Shown: positions 33,643-38,736 of the stretch, in pieces | Layout: each line of letters opens with the position of its first letter | Numbering within the stretch: the stretch's first letter is position 1 | IMG/VR virus record: IMGVR_UViG_3300037424_002394 | Coordinates: 1-38,736 of that record | Reading direction: 5' to 3' (one strand) | Length of the DNA stretch: 38,736 nucleotides | Origin: a virus | Taxonomy: Duplodnaviria; Caudoviricetes | The notes under the pieces: generated by a model | The model's input: only the letters and a program-made list of their open reading frames with translations | Told to the model about the DNA's origin: nothing | Databases searched by the model: none | Translations under genes and position numbers: made by a program

Positions 33643-33673
33643 GTCATTCCCGCATGCTTTTGGCGGGAATCCA
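33643..33673. repeat. REP-like palindrome copy 3
   Basis: GTCATTCCCGCATGCTTTTGGCGGGAATCCA, intergenic. Confidence 0.75.
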
Positions 33674-33979
33674 TTAATATTGATCCAGCGATAAATTAAT
33701 TTTTGTAAACCCATGTCCGTCGGGTAATTGTTCACCGGTGTAATAAGTGATACTGTCTTTAACAACCGTGCTATTTGTGTCCGAACCCGCAACCTCTTCG
33801 GAAGCGAGTTCGATCATATAGTTCTGAAGTACAATATCAACTCCGCCTACGTTAACAACTTCGCCCGGACTCCAGAACAATCCGTTCAAAGTTTTAGCAG
33901 ACCCGCCGACCGGAGTAAATACAACCGCATCGGCGAAGTCTGCTGTGTTGAGAAATATGTCTCGTTCGGTGATTGACAT
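33674..33979 (-). CDS. Head-tail joining protein (gpFII-like)
   Basis: 101 aa; 'FLNTADFAD.VVFTP' and 'PDGHGFTKINL'; synteny. Confidence 0.7.
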   Translation of the reverse strand: MSITERDIFLNTADFADAVVFTPVGGSAKTLNGLFWSPGEVVNVGGVDIVLQNYMIELASEEVAGSDTNSTVVKDSITYYTGEQLPDGHGFTKINLSLDQY

Positions 33980-33982
33980 TGG

Positions 33983-34486
33983 TTACTCTTTTTTAGGATA
34001 ATAAATTCCAAAGTTTAATTTACCTGATTGACCTGTATCTAAATTATCAGCTTGCAGCTTATTGTAAGGAGCCTTGTAGTTGTTAAGGTCAACCTCCCCG
34101 TGACCTGCTGTCTCTGCTGTTATTACCGCAAGTGTGTCTGCTACTATCCAATCGCTTAATGAATCCGGGTGAACGTAATTAACATAATGATATACGTTTG
34201 TTTTAACGGTTGTATTCCCGGCATCTAAAGTAAAGCGGTAACCAACTTGCGGTTTAACATTCGCCGCGCTGGTTGTATCATCAACAGTGTTGTATCCGTC
34301 ATAATCAGATAACTTAAACCACTGACTCCAAACAGTTTCGGCTGAATCAATATCAACCCCGCGCCAGACGTAAGAGATGCTGTTCTGGAAATCAACAACA
34401 GTCAAATTATCCGTAGCGGTTTGCGCTGCTGTATTAATCATCAGCGCGGTAAGTAAAATTATAATTATACTTATGAATTTTTTCAT
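33983..34486 (-). CDS. Signal-peptide-bearing beta-rich protein in the head module (decoration-like)
   Basis: AAGGAGGT RBS before ATG 34486 (track start 34531); 'MKKFISIIIILLTALMINTAA|Q'. Confidence 0.7.
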   Translation of the reverse strand: MKKFISIIIILLTALMINTAAQTATDNLTVVDFQNSISYVWRGVDIDSAETVWSQWFKLSDYDGYNTVDDTTSAANVKPQVGYRFTLDAGNTTVKTNVYHYVNYVHPDSLSDWIVADTLAVITAETAGHGEVDLNNYKAPYNKLQADNLDTGQSGKLNFGIYYPKKE

Positions 34487-34487
34487 G

Positions 34488-34886
34488 TTAGTTTTTTTTA
34501 CCTCCTTTACCCGGAGCCGTATTTTGTTCAATCAATTCGGCAATGGTTTTATTCTGAGCTTCAACTACATTAGCCAGCTCAGCGACCTTGCCTTTTAAAA
34601 TATCAACATCGGTAGCTTTAGCAACCGAAGGCGGCGCGGCATAAGTAACGCCGCTTTGTTTCTGCGCTTCAAAGAATTTATCAAGCGCGTTAAAATCAGC
34701 AGGGTAACAAACCTTTAATTGATGATACAAATCTTTTTTAAGATCGCCCTTCAATTCAATAGGATCGCCATGCTTCATTTTAATTATCTGCCCGTCCTTG
34801 TTATTACGAAAGGGTTTTAACACTTTCATTTTTTCAACGACGTTTAGTTTGTTCTCATCCCATGCGGTTATTTGTGGAAATTCCAA
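34488..34886 (-). CDS. Hypothetical head-associated protein
   Basis: AAGGAG RBS with TTG start, directly after the capsid gene. Confidence 0.6.
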   Translation of the reverse strand: MEFPQITAWDENKLNVVEKMKVLKPFRNNKDGQIIKMKHGDPIELKGDLKKDLYHQLKVCYPADFNALDKFFEAQKQSGVTYAAPPSVAKATDVDILKGKVAELANVVEAQNKTIAELIEQNTAPGKGGKKN

Positions 34887-34960
34887 TTTGGTTCTCCTTT
34901 TAATTAATTAACAAAATTTATAATCCCCCGATTGCTCGAGGGCTAATCATCGTTTCAAGA

Positions 34961-37015
34961 TTATCCAACAAGCGCGTAATCATCAGCAATAACACCGGCT
35001 TGTGTTTGTCTGAATAAGAAATCAAACATCGAGAAAATTGTAAGCCTAACAAGACCGGCAGTTGAAAGGCTGTAAGGATCAATCAATAATTCCTCGGCGC
35101 CCCAGAACAACATATAGGCTTCCGCCCAGTTCGCGAGTGTAAGAACCTGATCGCCAACCTGGTTGGACCATTCATAAGGGAAACCATCCATTTGATTGTT
35201 CATCAAAAACGTTTGCCCTGTTGTCGCAAATTTCTCGGCGGCTTTAACCTCCTGTTCAACATCTGCGGACATTAACCACGCAAATCGGCTGCCGGAAAAT
35301 GCGTTTGCTTTCTTTATCGTTTTTGCGAACGAAAGAATTTTCCGCCATGTAGGCGCGGTCATTTCAACATCGGTAATTCCGGGTGTCTTTAAAAATCCAA
35401 GCGGCTCGGTAGTAACGCCGTCACCGTTAAGCGACAGGTAATCTACCTTAACGTTCTTCGTCGCTTCAAGTTCGTTCATCAGCATTGTATCAACCGATAA
35501 ATCAGATTGATAGAACCACTGGCGTCCGTACTGCGTGTTGCCGCTTACTGTATGAGGCTGAGCAGTAAGCTTGCCCGTAGTAATGTATGAGGCGCTCGCG
35601 GCGTTGTTTTCCGCAACTGCGGAAACGGAAAGCGATGAAACAATTTTAGGAATTTCAAGATTGCCCTGAAGTCCCGTGAGAATAGTCGCACCGAGTCTGC
35701 CCATAACAGTAGCGTTGCGTAAGAATTCAGGCATCAGATCGGTTCTGTGTTCGGTCGGTACGAACTCGCCGCCTTCCCCGGGTGTGGTAGAATGCGCGTT
35801 CATAAATTTGTTGCTCTTAACAGAGTGCTTAAGTTCGCGCTGGCGGATGTCGTAAGGCAAATAGATTGTTCCGTTCTGCGGAGCTTTGCCCAATTTCTTC
35901 TCAATTGCTTTTGAGCACTCGAATTCAAAAGAGATATTTTCAGATTCCGGCAGCTTGGTTTTTCCTTCGATAACCATTTGTGCGGCGCGTGTAAGCCGGA
36001 ATGTTTTTAATTGCTGCGGCGATAAATCAAGAAACGACGCCGGTGTTTCAAATGTGCTTCCTTCTTCCTGTATTTTGTCAAACACAAGAGATGCGAATTG
36101 ATCATAATTTAAACCGGTTGCTTTTGCTTTATCGGCAAATGCTTTGAACTTACCGTCAAAGCGGCTCTTCGCAAACGTGTCGATTTTTTCATCTTCAATT
36201 TTGCGAAGCTGCTCCGGTGTAAGATCTTTGTTTTTGTCTTTTTCGTCCAAGGTATTCCCCCCCGTGATTGTGATTGATTCAATTTTGTTTTCTAAACTTT
36301 TTTTATTTTCGTCCATTATTCTTTTTACTTCATCAAGAAAATCTAACCCATCCTCGTAGTGTGTGTGTGCAATTATATTTTTAATGGACTCGGGTACCTT
36401 TTTAAAATTTGTAAGCTGATTAAAAATTGCGAAGTTGTTAAACTGCGCTTTTGTTTCACCGATGATCCTATCAGCAAAGCCTTTCTCCACAGCCTCGGCG
36501 GCGGTAAGCCATGTTTCTTCATCCATCATTTTGGAAATTTCTTCGTCGGCAATTTTGGTTTTAGAATTGTAAGGCATTATTAAACTGCCTTTTAATTTAT
36601 CGAGTATGTCCGCCATCTTACGCATGTCTTTAGATTCGCCCACAACTCCGCCCCACGGATTGTGAATCATTAAGAAAGCATTCTCCGGCATCTCAACTTC
36701 TCCTGCCATGGCAATAACCGAAGCGATGGACGCGGCGAGTGAATCAATTTTTACTGTGACTTTTGCCGGGTGTTCTCTTAGCGCGTTATAAATAGCAAGC
36801 CCGGCAAACACTGACCCGCCGTCGCTATAAATGCTTACAATAATTTCTTTTGCTTTTATATTTTTTATAGACTGTACAATATCTTTCGCGTCAACTTCAT
36901 CCCAGTAATCGCCGATGATTCCGTATATCATCAAGTCTGCAGTATCTTCATTTTCATTTTTGATCTGGAATTCATTCTTAGAATATTTCTTGTAATTTTT
37001 AATTGGGTATTTCAT
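34961..37015 (-). CDS. ClpP-like prohead protease fused in frame to HK97-fold major capsid protein
   Basis: 'YSDGGSVF', 'LAASIASVIAMAG', 'LMIHNPW' and 'ETWLTAAEA' (ClpP); 'GGEFVPTE', 'LGATILTGLQG' and 'DPYS..TAGLVRL' (capsid). Probable internal TTG start at 36250. Confidence 0.93.
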   Translation of the reverse strand: MKYPIKNYKKYSKNEFQIKNENEDTADLMIYGIIGDYWDEVDAKDIVQSIKNIKAKEIIVSIYSDGGSVFAGLAIYNALREHPAKVTVKIDSLAASIASVIAMAGEVEMPENAFLMIHNPWGGVVGESKDMRKMADILDKLKGSLIMPYNSKTKIADEEISKMMDEETWLTAAEAVEKGFADRIIGETKAQFNNFAIFNQLTNFKKVPESIKNIIAHTHYEDGLDFLDEVKRIMDENKKSLENKIESITITGGNTLDEKDKNKDLTPEQLRKIEDEKIDTFAKSRFDGKFKAFADKAKATGLNYDQFASLVFDKIQEEGSTFETPASFLDLSPQQLKTFRLTRAAQMVIEGKTKLPESENISFEFECSKAIEKKLGKAPQNGTIYLPYDIRQRELKHSVKSNKFMNAHSTTPGEGGEFVPTEHRTDLMPEFLRNATVMGRLGATILTGLQGNLEIPKIVSSLSVSAVAENNAASASYITTGKLTAQPHTVSGNTQYGRQWFYQSDLSVDTMLMNELEATKNVKVDYLSLNGDGVTTEPLGFLKTPGITDVEMTAPTWRKILSFAKTIKKANAFSGSRFAWLMSADVEQEVKAAEKFATTGQTFLMNNQMDGFPYEWSNQVGDQVLTLANWAEAYMLFWGAEELLIDPYSLSTAGLVRLTIFSMFDFLFRQTQAGVIADDYALVG

Positions 37016-37027
37016 AACAGTCTCTTA

Positions 37028-38683
37028 TTAATTTTGAAATGCTGCATAATGTTTTGCTTTGCCGTTGCCGTTTTCTTTTTCATCATCTTCCGGAGACGGA
37101 ACATCGCCGACTACAACTACCTGCTGAACTTCTCTTCTTAATTTCCGCTTAACAAGAAATTCATTCTCCGCCGCCAACTGTTCCAACTCTTCTTCCCAAT
37201 CCAAACCTTTTTCATCAAAGATTTCTTGAAGAGTTTTCATGTTGTTTAAATTTTCTTTGATGTTAGCGTTGGCTGTTTTTTCCGGGTCAACCCATGGCCA
37301 CACTCTCCCTTTGAATTCTATCTTGTCATAATAATCCAGGTTAAGCAGCCACTCGCGCGGAAGCTCGCCGGAGATACAAGCCATCTCGAACCAGTGCGAA
37401 GAAATGTCATCGAGAAAATCTTCTTTGCACCATGCGTGCAAGTCTTCAAATGAATCTCTTTCCTCTAATAAATTTGTTCGTGAGCTTGTGTAGTTTACTT
37501 GGGAATAATTGTTTGCGAGATTTATAAACGATACATCGCCGCCGGTAGCAATACCGCGGAGATTATGTTCGGTGAAATTTGCTTGTTTGTCATTAGGAGA
37601 GGTGGGCGTATAGTTAATAACTTTATACCCGTCAGGAGCCAGCCATGCTTCACCTGGCGCGATTGGCTGAACTATATTCCCGCTGCTGTCTTCGGTTCCG
37701 CCTGCAATGTTGGCTTTGTTCGGTCCCGGACCGCCGTAGTTATCTTTTTTCTCGAGCGCGATTGTTTGAGACGCAGCAACGCGGGCGGCAATTAAAGACG
37801 CTTCTTCGTAAGCGTTAAGCATCTTCAGCCTTACGAGCATTGGGGCAAACCATGAAATGCCGCGTAACTGGAACGGCGATTCTTTTACGAATACATGAAT
37901 GACCTTACTTGCTTCAACGCGGGTGCGCTTGCCGCCGTATATTCCCCCCATGGCTTCTGTTTCAAGCCGCGGAGTTCTGAACCAGTAAGCCTGTACACGG
38001 CGTTGTTTATCAATCTCAACTCCCATTACCACAACGTTGCCGTTGCTTAACACTGAGTTAAATGTTTCATCGCAGTAATCGGATTCAACTAACTGTAATG
38101 AGTAACCAAATTTGTTTGTGTCTCTTCTTTCAATGATAAAAATTTCACCGTCGCGCGCGGTACACTTTACAATTAATTGACACGCGCGGCGGAATGAAAC
38201 ATTACCAAGAACGGTAGCGAATTTTTTATTTGACCATTTTTTAAATTTACTTTCGATAAGCCGGTTGATATCTCTTTCTTTTTCAAAACGTATTCTGCCG
38301 GTTTCTTTATCTCTAACTTCTTTCTGAACTTTGCCGCGCATGATAAACCCATCGGGACCAACAACGTTTCTTTCCAGCATTCGTAAAAATTTCTTTGCGT
38401 AAGGATCTTCCATCGCCGCTTGTCTCGCGCGCGCGCGAATGCGCACTAATCCCGCGCGTATGTCTGCATTGATTGATCGTGTAATGCCGAGCCAATCCGA
38501 TGTTAAACGGGTAACCGCGCCGGCTGCTATGGAACTTTCGTTGCGTAGGTTTTGGGTTTTTTTCAAGGGCGCTTTAAAGTTTCGGCGAGGCGGGTTTCCA
38601 TTGCTTCGTACAATTACCCGTTTGTTTACAACGGATTTTTCTACACCTCCCATTGCTTGTAATATTTTTTGTTTAAGTCCCAT
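37028..38683 (-). CDS. Portal protein, lambda family
   Basis: 'IRARARQ', 'RDGEIF', 'MGVEID', 'QLRGISW', 'NYTSSR' and 'WPWVDPEK'. Confidence 0.95.
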   Translation of the reverse strand: MGLKQKILQAMGGVEKSVVNKRVIVRSNGNPPRRNFKAPLKKTQNLRNESSIAAGAVTRLTSDWLGITRSINADIRAGLVRIRARARQAAMEDPYAKKFLRMLERNVVGPDGFIMRGKVQKEVRDKETGRIRFEKERDINRLIESKFKKWSNKKFATVLGNVSFRRACQLIVKCTARDGEIFIIERRDTNKFGYSLQLVESDYCDETFNSVLSNGNVVVMGVEIDKQRRVQAYWFRTPRLETEAMGGIYGGKRTRVEASKVIHVFVKESPFQLRGISWFAPMLVRLKMLNAYEEASLIAARVAASQTIALEKKDNYGGPGPNKANIAGGTEDSSGNIVQPIAPGEAWLAPDGYKVINYTPTSPNDKQANFTEHNLRGIATGGDVSFINLANNYSQVNYTSSRTNLLEERDSFEDLHAWCKEDFLDDISSHWFEMACISGELPREWLLNLDYYDKIEFKGRVWPWVDPEKTANANIKENLNNMKTLQEIFDEKGLDWEEELEQLAAENEFLVKRKLRREVQQVVVVGDVPSPEDDEKENGNGKAKHYAAFQN

Positions 38684-38736
38684 TAATTTTCAAACCTGAA
38701 TAAAAGTCTTTTGGATTCCACGAGACCGAGCTTCTT
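38552..38736. repeat. Terminal direct repeat, right copy
   Basis: Matches 1-185 with one mismatch. Confidence 0.97.

Noticed and set aside
24137-38699. Many + strand ORFs in the track (e.g. 24137-24460, 30670-31122, 37499-37795)
   Set aside because: They are antisense shadows of well-supported structural genes, without recognisable motifs.
1-38736. Stop-codon reassignment or alternative genetic code
   Set aside because: Standard-code ORFs already tile the genome densely and core genes are full length.

Overview
The window is an apparently complete, circularly permuted temperate siphophage genome of about 38,551 bp. Bases 1-185 repeat at 38552-38736 with one synonymous SNP. Almost all genes are on the - strand. 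Packaging and head: lambda gpA-type terminase with a predicted cos (cosQ-like GGGTCCT), gpW-like adaptor, lambda-family portal and a ClpP protease/major capsid ORF with a probable internal capsid start. Tail and lysis: tail tube, a -1 frameshifted tail chaperone, tape measure, a lysis cassette inside the tail operon, and tail-tip/fibre genes. Lysogeny and replication: tyrosine integrase beside an intact attP (3' half of tRNA-Lys CUU), CI/Cro switch, iteron-containing initiator, DnaB, ParB-domain, DUF5131 and NinG-like genes. Signal-peptide style and promoter/RBS usage suggest an FCB-group host such as Ignavibacteria (inference only). The most unusual observations are: (1) a 70-aa early gene that is a stand-alone ~50%-identical copy of the capsid's N-terminal scaffold segment; (2) three virion-module genes, including a tail-fibre-like gene, with Sec signal peptides cleaved before Gln; (3) an attC-like nested inverted-repeat cassette enclosing a small gene behind terL; (4) a 367-bp duplication giving two Cro-like genes; (5) a holin-lipobox fusion plus an unannotated amphipathic peptide; (6) several REP-like palindrome families, some translated in frame. 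All protein calls come from motifs and synteny read by eye; no database searches were run.
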